This document shows, in pieces, positions 54,947-64,000 of a stretch of 64,000 bases of DNA. Every line of letters starts with the position of its first letter. The first letter of the stretch is position 1. A program made the translations under genes and the position numbers. The notes beneath the pieces are model-generated. The model was given only the letters and a program-made list of their open reading frames with translations. It did no database searches and was not told the DNA's origin. This stretch comes from Anaerolineae bacterium (GTDB taxonomy: Bacteria; Chloroflexota; Anaerolineae; Epilineales; Epilineaceae), in NCBI GenBank assembly GCA_038913135.1, contig JBCLES010000012.1, forward strand, positions 1,036 through 65,035, written 5' to 3'.

Positions 54947-56425
54947 TTAGAGGTCAGCCTTGATGCCGTTGTACGTAGCGGCATCCATGGCACCCGTGTA
55001 GCTGAAGTCGTTGACGATGATCACGATCGGATCGCTGTCCGACTCGACGACCGCCGAACCGTACGTGCCGGCTGGCAAGACGCCCAAGACCGACCCGCCC
55101 GGCAGGAAGTTCGCCGAAGCGAGCGGCATGATCGAAGCCGTGCAGCCCGTGCAGCCCGACATCACCGCGCCGGACGAATCCGAGAAGGTGATGGTGACAT
55201 TGGTCGGCGTCCTGTCCGTGTCGCTCGACCCGATGTTCATCACCTGGATGCCCGTCGTGACCTCGAAGCCAGCAAGGAAGCGGTTACGCGCCAGCGGCAA
55301 AGCCACCTTGAGCCCGCCAACGCTGGCCGGCATGGCGTTGTACGCCGCCGACTCTTCCGTGTAGTTCTTCGAGTCGTTCACGATCGCGAGCACGTTGCCG
55401 CCCGTCGCCTTGATCACAGCCGACCCAAGGCAGTTGTTCGGCAGACCGTTCTCCGGTACCGGACCCTGATAGAACACGTGGCTCGAATTCGGAGCGATCG
55501 ACACCGGACCGTGATCCGTCGTCGAGCCGCTGCAAGCCCCGCCCGTACCGATGTAGGTCACCGTCACGTCGACTGCCGACGTGTTCGGGTTCACAACCGA
55601 GATGCCGGTGTCGTAGACACCGAGGTGCCGGCGGCGGATGAGCGGCGCGTACAGTACGTCAGCCGCGTCCTCTGCCGGGACGCCCTCGAAGGCGTAAACC
55701 GCCTTGTCGCTGGTCGTGATGTCGATGAACGACTGCACGCCCACCGGCACGTCCGCCGTAATGTTCATGGAACCGAGGAAGCCAAGCGGCGTGCTCTTCG
55801 GCACAGCCAGGTACTTCGTGTCCGTGCCCGTGTCGATCGTGATCGACTTGCCCGGCCCGACTGTGTAGCTCTCGGTCAGGTCCGGCGAAGCCGACCCGAC
55901 ACCGATCAGATCAACAGTCACGTTCGCCGAACGACCCGTATCCGTGTTCTGGATCGAGATGAGCGACGACTGCCCGTTGTAGTCGATCGTGATCAGCGGC
56001 AACGAAACGTTCATGCCCGGCATGACGTTCGAATAGATCGCCGCACCACCGGTCGACAGCCAGTCCGTCCGCGCGATGGCGGCGATTTGGCGGTCAGCTG
56101 AGATGATCGCTGCGTATGCGCCGTTGTCGAGCGTCGGTGCGCTCGGAAGATAGATGTTCCACGCGCCGCCCGCCGGAATACCGGCCGCCGTCAGCGTCGT
56201 CGAACCCGTCTTCGTCGTGTCCTGCGGATAGAAGTCAGCGCTGATGTTGGCCGCCGACGCCGCATCCAGGTTCTGCACCTGGATACCCGTAGCACCGGCC
56301 CCGCTGATACCCGCCAAACGGCTCGCGTGAACGGTCGATGTCTGAGTATCGAACATCCCCGCCACACCAGCCAGCAGCAGCGAAACCGCCGCCGCCATGC
56401 TCATGACTACCAGAAGCTTCTTCAT
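54947..56425 (-). CDS. Secreted Ser/Thr/Gly/Asn-rich repeat protein of unknown function (possible surface/adhesin-like)
   Basis: Classic signal peptide MKKLLVVMSMAAAVSLLLAGVAG, with AAGGAGAAGGAA upstream. Internally repetitive beta-rich composition. No enzymatic motif. Confidence 0.6.
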   Translation of the reverse strand: MKKLLVVMSMAAAVSLLLAGVAGMFDTQTSTVHASRLAGISGAGATGIQVQNLDAASAANISADFYPQDTTKTGSTTLTAAGIPAGGAWNIYLPSAPTLDNGAYAAIISADRQIAAIARTDWLSTGGAAIYSNVMPGMNVSLPLITIDYNGQSSLISIQNTDTGRSANVTVDLIGVGSASPDLTESYTVGPGKSITIDTGTDTKYLAVPKSTPLGFLGSMNITADVPVGVQSFIDITTSDKAVYAFEGVPAEDAADVLYAPLIRRRHLGVYDTGISVVNPNTSAVDVTVTYIGTGGACSGSTTDHGPVSIAPNSSHVFYQGPVPENGLPNNCLGSAVIKATGGNVLAIVNDSKNYTEESAAYNAMPASVGGLKVALPLARNRFLAGFEVTTGIQVMNIGSSDTDRTPTNVTITFSDSSGAVMSGCTGCTASIMPLASANFLPGGSVLGVLPAGTYGSAVVESDSDPIVIIVNDFSYTGAMDAATYNGIKADL

Positions 56426-56618
56426 TTGATTCCTTCTCCTTGAAGTGCCACACGATCGGTTACGTGCGCTTCGTGGGGTGAAGTATCGGGGTCGGAGTGG
56501 AGTCTAACAATGCTCCGGGAGGAGAAGATCGGCCCAAAAACAGTACTCCGAAGGTAGTAGTAGCGTGTGTTTGGGCCAGATTATCGCGGACTGAAGGCGA
56601 TCGGAGCGCCGCGATCGG

Positions 56619-58250
56619 TCACTCTTCATCGAACATGAACGGATAGGCGAAATGGCGCGGCGGGTCGAACGTCTCCTTGATCGAACGAGCGGAGATCCAG
56701 CGCGTCAGGTTCAGGGCCGAGCCGGCTTTGTCGTTGGTGCCGGAGCCGCGGGCGCCGCCAAACGGTTGCTGACCTACGACGGCGCCGGTCGGCTTATCGT
56801 TGATGTAGAAATTGCCGGCTGAGTCCACAAGGGCATCGAAAGCTTCGCCGACCGCCTGCCGATCGTCCGCGAATACCGCGCCGGTCAGAGCATATGGCGA
56901 GGTCTCGTCAACGATTCTAAGCGTCTGCTCCCAACGCGATTCAGGGTACACGTGAACGCTTAGCACGGGCCCGAAAATCTCTTCGCACATAGTGGCATAA
57001 GCCGGGTCGTCGGGTCGGAGGATGGTCGGCTCGATGAAATAGCCATCCGCGGAAGAGCTCCCGCCGCCGGAGACGATTTCGACGCCGTCGGCGCGAGCGC
57101 GCTCGATGTAGCCCGTTATCGAATCGAACGAAGCTCGATCGATCACGGCGTTTACGAAGTTCGAGAAGTCTTCCACGGAGCCCATAGAGATCTCTGATAG
57201 CTGGTCCAGCATCGCGGAACGGACTTCCGGCCACAACGAGTCCGGGATGTAAGCGCGCGACGCCGCGGAGCACTTCTGCCCCTGGTACTCGAAGGCGCCG
57301 CGAACCAAGGCGGTGGCCAGCGCCTGCGTGTCGGCGGAAGCATGGGCGATCACGAAGTCCTTACCGCCCGTCTCGCCGACGATGCGTGGATACGAACGAT
57401 AGTTCGAGATGTTCTCACCTATCGTGCGCCACATCTTCTGGAAAGTCGCCGTCGAGCCGGTGAAGTGTAGGCCGGCAAGATGTGGCGATCCGAAGGCCGG
57501 ATCCCCGATCGCGGCGCCGCGGCCCGGGAGGAAGTTGATCACGCCCGGCGGGAGTCCCGCGGCCTCGAACAGCTTCATGAGATAGTAGCCGGAATACACC
57601 GATGTCGTCGCCGGCTTCCATATCACGGCGTTGCCCATCACGGCGGGCGAAGTCGGCAGATTGCCCGCGATCGAGGTGAAGTTGAACGGCGTGACGGCGA
57701 AAACGAAGCCCTCGAGCGCACGATACTGCATTCGATTCCAAACGCCTTTGGCCGAGATGGGCTGATCCTCGTAGAGGCGTCGCATGAAGTGGGCATTGAA
57801 GCGGAAGAAGTCGATCAGTTCCGCCGCGCTGTCGATCTCGGCCTGGTATGCGTTCTTGCTCTGCCCGAGCATGGTCGCCGCGTTGATCCGGGCTCGCCAA
57901 GTCCCTGAAAGCAGCTCGGCCGCGCGGAGGAAGATCGCCGCCCGCTCCTCCCACGGCATTCGAGACCAAGTCTTGCGCGCCTCGAGCGCCGTTTCTATCG
58001 CCTGATTCACCTCCGCCTGCCCGCACATGTGCACCGTGCCGAGAAGATGGGCGGTCTCATGCGGCGGCCGGACATCGACAGTGTCCCCGGTTAGCACTTC
58101 CTGCCCGCCGATGATGCCGGGAATCTCGATTTCGGAAGCCTTCAACATTTCAAGTGCGGCCCGCAGCTCAGCGCGCTCCGGCGTGCCTGGCGCATAGCTG
58201 AGAATGGGTTCATTGATGGGTGGTGGAACGGCGGCGACACCGTTGTTCAA
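56619..58250 (-). CDS. pruA: L-glutamate gamma-semialdehyde (1-pyrroline-5-carboxylate) dehydrogenase
   Basis: Aldehyde dehydrogenase catalytic motifs (VGETGGKDFVI; QGQKCSAASR with catalytic Cys) and a P5CDH-type N-terminus. Confidence 0.9.
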   Translation of the reverse strand: MNNGVAAVPPPINEPILSYAPGTPERAELRAALEMLKASEIEIPGIIGGQEVLTGDTVDVRPPHETAHLLGTVHMCGQAEVNQAIETALEARKTWSRMPWEERAAIFLRAAELLSGTWRARINAATMLGQSKNAYQAEIDSAAELIDFFRFNAHFMRRLYEDQPISAKGVWNRMQYRALEGFVFAVTPFNFTSIAGNLPTSPAVMGNAVIWKPATTSVYSGYYLMKLFEAAGLPPGVINFLPGRGAAIGDPAFGSPHLAGLHFTGSTATFQKMWRTIGENISNYRSYPRIVGETGGKDFVIAHASADTQALATALVRGAFEYQGQKCSAASRAYIPDSLWPEVRSAMLDQLSEISMGSVEDFSNFVNAVIDRASFDSITGYIERARADGVEIVSGGGSSSADGYFIEPTILRPDDPAYATMCEEIFGPVLSVHVYPESRWEQTLRIVDETSPYALTGAVFADDRQAVGEAFDALVDSAGNFYINDKPTGAVVGQQPFGGARGSGTNDKAGSALNLTRWISARSIKETFDPPRHFAYPFMFDEE

Positions 58251-58555
58251 GGCGGTCTCCTTCGAATCGCGGCGCTATCTGCACGCAGGGCGCGGGCATA
58301 GAGCAGACACGGGGACGCTGGCAGGTGCGGGGACGTCGGCGGGGCCGGCAGCAGGGCCGGGACGACGGCGCGGGTAGGTTCGGCGGCGGAATGGGCGAAG
58401 GATAAGGTAGCCAAGGGAGGGAGGTCAACGCGTGATGTTTCGCGATATCGGCGAGGTGGAGGGGATGCAGCGGTGATCAGCCCGTAGACTTCAGTGTGAC
58501 GGGGCACTAGACCATGCGGCCTTCAAGTGCGTTCAGCTGGAAAAGGAACCGCTGA

Positions 58556-59035
58556 ATGCAAGATGATTCGAAGATCGCACACAGCGCTTTCGGACACAAC
58601 GGACAGGAGGGCCATATCGGACACTATGGACATAGCGGACAATTCGATGCATTATCATCCTTGACTCGGAGCATCGCCAACTCGAGGCAAGAAATGGAAG
58701 GACCCACGGAGTATCTCACGGCTAGCGACATCGCATCCAGGCTGAACGTCAGCTCTCGCTCGGTGCGTCGATGGATCACGGACGGCCATTTGCCCGGCGC
58801 TCGCTTCGGACGTCAATATCGAGTGCTCGAATCCGATCTCGAGTATTTTGTCGAATCCAAGCTTGGTGAAACATCTCGCCTCTCAACTTCTAGTGGCTCC
58901 GCAACCGAGTGGAGCGCACTCTCGGCAGACAGCTTCGCCGAAGACTGGGACAACCCGCTCGATGCCGACTATGACGATTGGGAGATCCACTACGCCACCG
59001 ATGCGGCCCCAACAAGTGCGCTGGATGCAGAATGA
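58556..59035 (+). CDS. HTH (excisionase/MerR-like HTH_17) DNA-binding protein; putative antitoxin of the MazF pair
   Basis: YLTASDIASRLNVSSRSVRRWITDGHLPGARFGRQYRV helix-turn-helix. ATGA overlap with the toxin gene. The start is ambiguous (M1 at 58556 or M47 at 58694; both have RBS-like sequences). Confidence 0.55.
   Translation: MQDDSKIAHSAFGHNGQEGHIGHYGHSGQFDALSSLTRSIANSRQEMEGPTEYLTASDIASRLNVSSRSVRRWITDGHLPGARFGRQYRVLESDLEYFVESKLGETSRLSTSSGSATEWSALSADSFAEDWDNPLDADYDDWEIHYATDAAPTSALDAE
58592..58645 (+). repeat. 9-nt x6 periodic tandem repeat (GGACACAAC GGACAGGAG GGCCATATC GGACACTAT GGACATAGC GGACAATTC) at the 5' end / leader of the antitoxin gene
   Basis: Read directly from the sequence. 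It would encode (G-H/Q-x)x6 if translated. Confidence 0.7.
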
Positions 59036-59388
59036 AGCCGGTCCAACGTGGTGATGTCGTGCTCGTCCCATTTCCCTTCTCGTCGCTTAGCTCGACGAAA
59101 ATACGCCCGGCGGTCGTCGTAAGCACTTCGGACTATTTCGCGTCGACCGGCGAGTTGATCGTCGCGATGATCACCTCACAGTCGAGGACCGGGCGCACTG
59201 ACTGCGAAATACGAGACTGGAGCCAAGCCAACCTGCTCCATCGATCATGGTTTCGCTGCAAGTTGGCAACGCTTAGCCCCAATCTGATCAGAATGCGTCC
59301 TGGTCGCCTGAGCTTTCGCGACATCAAAGCGATCGACCGAATCCTCTCCCGCGCGCTCGGGCTCGAACGTACGGATGCGCCGGTGTAG
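59032..59388 (+). CDS. mazF: Type II toxin-antitoxin system toxin, MazF/PemK family endoribonuclease
   Basis: MKPVQRGDVVLVPFPFSSLSSTKIRPAVVVS is the hallmark PemK/MazF N-terminus. ~118 aa. Confidence 0.8.
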   Translation: MKPVQRGDVVLVPFPFSSLSSTKIRPAVVVSTSDYFASTGELIVAMITSQSRTGRTDCEIRDWSQANLLHRSWFRCKLATLSPNLIRMRPGRLSFRDIKAIDRILSRALGLERTDAPV

Positions 59389-59399
59389 AATGCTCGACT

Positions 59400-60503
59400 A
59401 TGGGCCTGATCTTCACCCTTCTGAGCGTGATCTACGCCTGGACCAGCCTCAAGACCGCGCGCGAATTCTTTCAGCGCCGCGCGACTCTCTTCGATGAGCG
59501 GCTCACGCAATACGAACGTGCCCTGTTCGACCGGGGCGCGTTCTTTCTGCTGATCCCGATCGGCGTCCTACTCCACGAACTCGGTCATGCTGCCGCCACC
59601 TGGCAGGTAGGTGGGACAGTCGAACGCTTCCGCTGGTTCATGTTCTGGGGCTACATCATTCCTAAAGGAGATTTCTCGCCTCTCCAGGACTGGTGGATCG
59701 CGCTGGCAGGAAACGTGGTCAGTGTGCTGCTCGGAGTCGCGGCGGCCGCACTCGCGCTTGTGATCGTCTCTCGCCCGTGGCGCTACTGGCTTGCCTCATT
59801 CGCGCGCCTCGAGTTCTTCTACAGCCTCATTTTCTACCCCGCCTTCAGCCTACTCACTCAGTTCGGCGACTTCCAGATGATCTACGGCCCGCTCCTGACG
59901 CGGGCCGGGTTGGGCGGAAACGTCACGCGCCCCTTCAGCTCGCCCGAGCTGTTCGGACCGGCCGCGGCGACTGCCTTGGTGCATTGCGTCGTGCTCGCGG
60001 GGCTTGTCGCGTTAGACCGGCACCCAGACTTCAGGCGCTGGTTGCTCCTGCGAACGACGCCGCCGGGATTGGGCCGCCTCATCGATGAAGCGCGAGACGC
60101 GCCGGACGCCGAGGCCTCGATGCGCATGGCCGAAGCCTATGCCCACAACGGCGATACCCTTCTTGCCAACGCGGAGCTCGAGGCAGCCGCTCTTCGCTTC
60201 CCGAACGATCCGCGCCCGCCATTCGGCTTGGCCCGAATCGCTGCGGACGCTGGTCGGCATGATCGTGCGCTCAAACTCTATGATCGGGCGCTCACCAACG
60301 CACCGCTCGGGGCGACGCGGCTGCGGGCCATGGCACTCGAAGGAATCGCGGACGCCGAGCTGGCCCATGGACGCCCGGCCGCGGCGTTGGATCGGATGGG
60401 TGAGGCGGTAGATCTGCTCGAGGGCGCCGGTCTCGAAGCGGAGGCAGAAGCAATGCGGACACGCCGCGCCGAGCTTTCGCAACGTCTTGGCAAAGTGGGA
60501 TAA
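59400..60503 (+). CDS. Putative intramembrane zinc metalloprotease-like protein (HExxH in a TM helix; M50/S2P-like) with C-terminal TPR-like domain
   Basis: FLLIPIGVLLHELGHAAATW, multiple TM helices, and a C-terminal helical repeat region (…AEAYAHNGDTLLANAELEAAALRFPNDPRP…). The family call is tentative. Confidence 0.45.
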   Translation: MGLIFTLLSVIYAWTSLKTAREFFQRRATLFDERLTQYERALFDRGAFFLLIPIGVLLHELGHAAATWQVGGTVERFRWFMFWGYIIPKGDFSPLQDWWIALAGNVVSVLLGVAAAALALVIVSRPWRYWLASFARLEFFYSLIFYPAFSLLTQFGDFQMIYGPLLTRAGLGGNVTRPFSSPELFGPAAATALVHCVVLAGLVALDRHPDFRRWLLLRTTPPGLGRLIDEARDAPDAEASMRMAEAYAHNGDTLLANAELEAAALRFPNDPRPPFGLARIAADAGRHDRALKLYDRALTNAPLGATRLRAMALEGIADAELAHGRPAAALDRMGEAVDLLEGAGLEAEAEAMRTRRAELSQRLGKVG

Positions 60504-60509
60504 GCAGCT

Positions 60510-61421
60510 TCAAATCGATCGATCGAATAGATCCAATTGTCGCGCAGCAGGCACCACCGCATTGTTCAAGGATCCCGGCAAGATGGCCATCGCCCCCAAC
60601 CGCACATCGAAGCGGAGCACTTCGCCGACCCTGAAGGGATCGCCGATGCTGATCAGCGCGGTTTCCGAAACACCGCGCAACGCCTCGCGCGCCGCCGCTT
60701 CCGCCCTTTCAGGCGAATTGTTCTTGCGGCTCAGATGCACGAGGATTACGTGCTCAAGTCGCGGACCTGCGACGTCGCCCAGCAAGGACTGCATCTGCCG
60801 ATTCGAAAGGTGCCCCGCGCGTGAAGCGACGCGCCGCTTCAAGTAGGGCGGATAATGACCCGTCCTCAGGAGCTCCGGATCGTGGTTAGACTCGATCACG
60901 ATAGCGCGACACCCAGCAAGCGCTCGGCGCACCTCAGGCGACGCTTCGCCGAGGTCCGTCGCGATCCCGGCCGTCCAATCGCCTGCGCCCAGTCGGAAGC
61001 CGATCGGCTCCGCCGCGTCGTGACTCACACCGAACGGCAGTATCCGCAGCCCGCCGATCATCAAAGGATCGCCGGACCGCATCCGCCCAGGCGAGAAGCA
61101 CGGCGCGATCCTTGGACCTGCCGCGCGGACAGTCCCTTCGGTCGCGAGGATCTGCATCCGAAGTCGCATTGCGGCCAAGTCCGGAAGCCCGCGCGAGTGA
61201 TCTCCGTGCTCGTGCGTGACCAGAACCGCATCGATATCCTCGATCCGTTCCCCGATAGCCGTCAGGCGACCGAGAAGTTCAGCTCCGGGCAGGCCGGCGT
61301 CGATCAACAAACGCGTTCCGCCGGCGTCGACGAAAAGCGCGTTGCCTGACGAGCCGCTGGCCAGTATGCAAAGCCGAGCGCACGATAAGTCCGTCTTCGC
61401 AGCGTTCAGGATCAAGGACAC
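60510..61421 (-). CDS. MBL-fold metallo-hydrolase
   Basis: LVTHEHGDHSRG (the HxHxDH motif) and a downstream His/Asp ligand pattern. Confidence 0.8.
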   Translation of the reverse strand: MSLILNAAKTDLSCARLCILASGSSGNALFVDAGGTRLLIDAGLPGAELLGRLTAIGERIEDIDAVLVTHEHGDHSRGLPDLAAMRLRMQILATEGTVRAAGPRIAPCFSPGRMRSGDPLMIGGLRILPFGVSHDAAEPIGFRLGAGDWTAGIATDLGEASPEVRRALAGCRAIVIESNHDPELLRTGHYPPYLKRRVASRAGHLSNRQMQSLLGDVAGPRLEHVILVHLSRKNNSPERAEAAAREALRGVSETALISIGDPFRVGEVLRFDVRLGAMAILPGSLNNAVVPAARQLDLFDRSI

Positions 61422-63970
61422 TCCCTCACCCGCCCCGCGATCTGCCTGTAAATGTCGGCCAAGTCCTCGCCGTCGGGTGCGAAGTAGTGATCCCTCGTTT
61501 CAGTCGCCACCTCCTCCAAGAGCAACCTGAGCACATCATCCGGCAGTCCGAGCCCGATCGTGAACACGCGGAGACCGGCGGCCTTAACCCGATCGGCCGA
61601 TCGCAACACGGTTTCCTCTTGCGATCCCGCCGGCACGGGAGTCGGTACCATGTTCGGCAGACCGTCCGTCAGGAGAACCATCACCCCACGTTCGCCCGGC
61701 CGAGCATCGGACGCACGCCACGCATCCAGCCCTTGCTCGAGCGCCAGGTCGAGCCGCGTCCCTTCGGCACGCTTGCCGAGCAGCCGCCCCACGGCCGATT
61801 CCGCCGCCGCCCGATCGCTCGTCAAAGTCGTCTCGGTCCACGCCCCTCCGTTGAAACCGACCACCGCAACCCGATCTTGCCGCCCCCAACCATCCCACTC
61901 AAGGCGCAAGAGTTCGACGAAGCGTCCGGCCGCATCCACCGCCGCCTCGGCTTTCATCCGACCGTCGCGGGTCTCGCGCTCCATCGAGGTCGACATGTCG
62001 ATCACCAAGATCACGTCGCTCTCGACATGCTCCGGTATGCACGGCTCCGGCGGCGGGACCTTCTCGCGCCCGCAGAACGTGAAATCGTCCGCGATGATCT
62101 CGTAGATGCCTTCCAGCTCCTCAGGCACCGGCGCGTGATAGTAATTAAAGCGCTCCGTAGCCATGCCGATCAGCAAACGCGGGTTGATGTCGACGGGCCG
62201 ACCTAGCCCAATCGTATAGACGACACTCCCCCTTTCCCGCGCCGCATCTGCAGCCCGAAGAACCGTGTCTTCCTGGCGCTCGCCCTTGGACGCGTCGAAC
62301 GGCACCCGATTGGGCAGGCCGTCGGTCAGAAGAACGATAACCGCCTCGTTCTCCGGAATGCGCTCCGGCCCGTCGATGGGTTTCTGGCCCTGCTCGATCG
62401 CGAGGTCAAGACGCGTCCCTTCTACCGTCTTGCCGCGCAGCCTTTCGAGCGCAGCGTGTGCCGCCGCCCGATCGTTGGTCAACGCTGACTCGGTCCAAGC
62501 CGTGTCGTTGAAGCCGACCACCGCCACTTGGTCATGTCTCCCGAGGGCGTCCGTAGGATCCGGCTCCAGGGCGAGCACGTCGACAAATCGCCGGGCGGCG
62601 GCAATGGCTGCCTCGTTCTTAGCGACGCCTCCGTCCTCTACGCTGCGCAGCATCGACGTCGAGCGATCTAAAACCAGTACAACATCGACGAAGCGCTTCT
62701 CCGGCACGCACAGGTTCTCGCCATACGGCAGATAAATCGTGTAAAGGCGCGGCTCAGGCGTTGACGTAGGCGTCGGGCTAGGCTTCGCAGTCGCCGTTGG
62801 CGTGGTAGTGACACTCGGCTCCGATGTCACGGTCGGGGTCGGGGTGATCGTCGGCGTTTCTTCCGGCGTCGGCGTCGGCGAACGTGGTGGCGAGCAAAGC
62901 TGTTCGATGTCGCCTAAACCGATCGCCTTGCCTTGTGGACCGGAATGCGAGCGCGCGTTGTAGACGATCTCTTCGCGCCTAACCGTGTCGCCGCTACGGT
63001 TATCCATCCAGAGGGCACCGGCGGAAACGGCCCCGATGTTCGTCCCTCCGGGATGCGCCCGGAATGGGTCGATCGCCGTGCTGACAACCACGTCGACGCC
63101 CAAGAGCTGCGCCAGCCCGCCGAGCGCAATTTCGTCATGAGTTGGTGGTAGATCATCCTGACGGTAGTGCTCCGTCGCAGCCTCGTCGATTTCCCATCCC
63201 CGCCCACCGCCCGGCCCTTCCTCCACCGGTTCGAGCCGAATGACATCGCCGGAAGCGACCCGATAGAACTCAGTCAGCGACGGCCCGGTGTCGATCCAAC
63301 GATCCCGTAGCCCAACGATCATGTTGCCCTCGGCATCGAATTCGATGTCGACCAGCATCGGATGCGGGTACTCTTTGGTCTCCCGCCCCTTGTCGTCGTT
63401 CTGCGGCCACGGATTCCAGCGCGGATGCTTACCCCGGTCGTAATCGAGGCCGATGCGGGCGACGAGCTCCATCTCGCTCCCGTCGCCCCGCGACCGATAG
63501 ACGAACGCCCCAAGATCACTCACTTCGCGGCTCTTTTGTGCCGAGTGCACCAAGCCGTGATAGACCCAACCTTGGTGCACCTTCAGCCCGAACGGCCGTG
63601 CATCGTCGGCCCACCCCTCGCCGGCCGCCCCATGCTCGAACGCCCCGAGCCACTCCCCGCCGGGCACCCCGACCCGATGAATCTTCCGATCATCCAGACT
63701 CATCACATAGAGCACCTCGCTCCTCTCATCGAGATCAAGATCACCAAGACTCGTCTTGCCGGCATTCGCGCGCCCGCGCTCGTCGGGCTGGAAATCGTCA
63801 TCCCGATCGTGCATGTCGCGCCCGGCATCGGGCAGCCTGATCAGCCGCGTTATCCGAGATCCGTCGAGCGGCACCACGTACAGACCTCCCGGCCCGGCCG
63901 GCCCATGCTTGGCGTTCCGCTTGTGATATGCCCCAGCGTAAAGCACATCGCGTTCAGTATCGTACGCCAA
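61412..63970 (-). CDS. Large protein with a tandem pair of von Willebrand factor A (VWA) domains, a Pro/Thr linker and a ~330-aa N-terminal region of unknown function; may extend beyond the window
   Basis: Two homologous VWA units (VDVVLVLDRSTSM…VAVVGFNDTAWTESALTNDRAAAHAALERL…LLTDGLPN and VILVIDMSTSMERE…VAVVGFNGGAWTETTLTSDRAAAESAVGRL…LLTDGLPN), each with a MIDAS DxSxS. Overlaps the MBL gene by 10 nt. The first Met is 30 nt from the window edge. Confidence 0.7.
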   Translation of the reverse strand: MAYDTERDVLYAGAYHKRNAKHGPAGPGGLYVVPLDGSRITRLIRLPDAGRDMHDRDDDFQPDERGRANAGKTSLGDLDLDERSEVLYVMSLDDRKIHRVGVPGGEWLGAFEHGAAGEGWADDARPFGLKVHQGWVYHGLVHSAQKSREVSDLGAFVYRSRGDGSEMELVARIGLDYDRGKHPRWNPWPQNDDKGRETKEYPHPMLVDIEFDAEGNMIVGLRDRWIDTGPSLTEFYRVASGDVIRLEPVEEGPGGGRGWEIDEAATEHYRQDDLPPTHDEIALGGLAQLLGVDVVVSTAIDPFRAHPGGTNIGAVSAGALWMDNRSGDTVRREEIVYNARSHSGPQGKAIGLGDIEQLCSPPRSPTPTPEETPTITPTPTVTSEPSVTTTPTATAKPSPTPTSTPEPRLYTIYLPYGENLCVPEKRFVDVVLVLDRSTSMLRSVEDGGVAKNEAAIAAARRFVDVLALEPDPTDALGRHDQVAVVGFNDTAWTESALTNDRAAAHAALERLRGKTVEGTRLDLAIEQGQKPIDGPERIPENEAVIVLLTDGLPNRVPFDASKGERQEDTVLRAADAARERGSVVYTIGLGRPVDINPRLLIGMATERFNYYHAPVPEELEGIYEIIADDFTFCGREKVPPPEPCIPEHVESDVILVIDMSTSMERETRDGRMKAEAAVDAAGRFVELLRLEWDGWGRQDRVAVVGFNGGAWTETTLTSDRAAAESAVGRLLGKRAEGTRLDLALEQGLDAWRASDARPGERGVMVLLTDGLPNMVPTPVPAGSQEETVLRSADRVKAAGLRVFTIGLGLPDDVLRLLLEEVATETRDHYFAPDGEDLADIYRQIAGRVRECP

Positions 63971-64000
63971 CCCATAGGTCGATCCGACATCCCGAATCTT

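Noticed and set aside
1-64000. Scan for tRNA/rRNA genes, CRISPR arrays, transposases/integrases and prophage genes
   Set aside because: No cloverleaf-compatible intergenic segments. No regularly spaced repeat-spacer arrays. No DDE, tyrosine-recombinase or serine-recombinase signatures. The only mobile-element-like object is the small IR/DR element at 45905-46077.

Overview
This is a high-GC (roughly 65-70% by eye) bacterial chromosomal segment, densely coding on both strands with many 1-20 nt gene overlaps. Pro/Thr-rich linkers in secreted proteins and frequent GTG/TTG starts fit an actinobacterial- or Chloroflexi-like genome. I found no tRNA, rRNA, CRISPR array, transposase or integrase. Housekeeping content: a thiolase; a GyrB/GyrA-like type IIA topoisomerase pair; HU; SixA; the rRNA methyltransferase TrmH; P5C dehydrogenase; an Fe(III)-type ABC importer; and a riboflavin operon (ribD-ribE-ribB-ribH) preceded by a clear FMN riboswitch. 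Accessory content, in order of interest: (1) a divergent CotH kinase (with lamin-tail domains) / VTC-domain / DUF4956 / two-FtsX-domain permease module, with candidate operator repeats in its intergenic region; (2) two paralogous TPR + FG-GAP/ASPIC-UnbV (CRTAC1-like) lipoprotein modules, one of them a 1212-aa fusion; (3) an HprK-like P-loop kinase + SAM methyltransferase operon next to a complex inverted-repeat element; (4) an ECF sigma / anti-sigma / secreted beta-propeller operon; (5) a MazF toxin with an HTH antitoxin preceded by a 9-bp x6 periodic repeat; (6) several in-gene or gene-end tandem duplications (both ends of the thiolase gene, a carbamate kinase insertion, the RibB tail). Many long antisense ORFs in the six-frame track are high-GC artefacts and were rejected. 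All family calls rest on motif-level reading of the translations, not on database searches.
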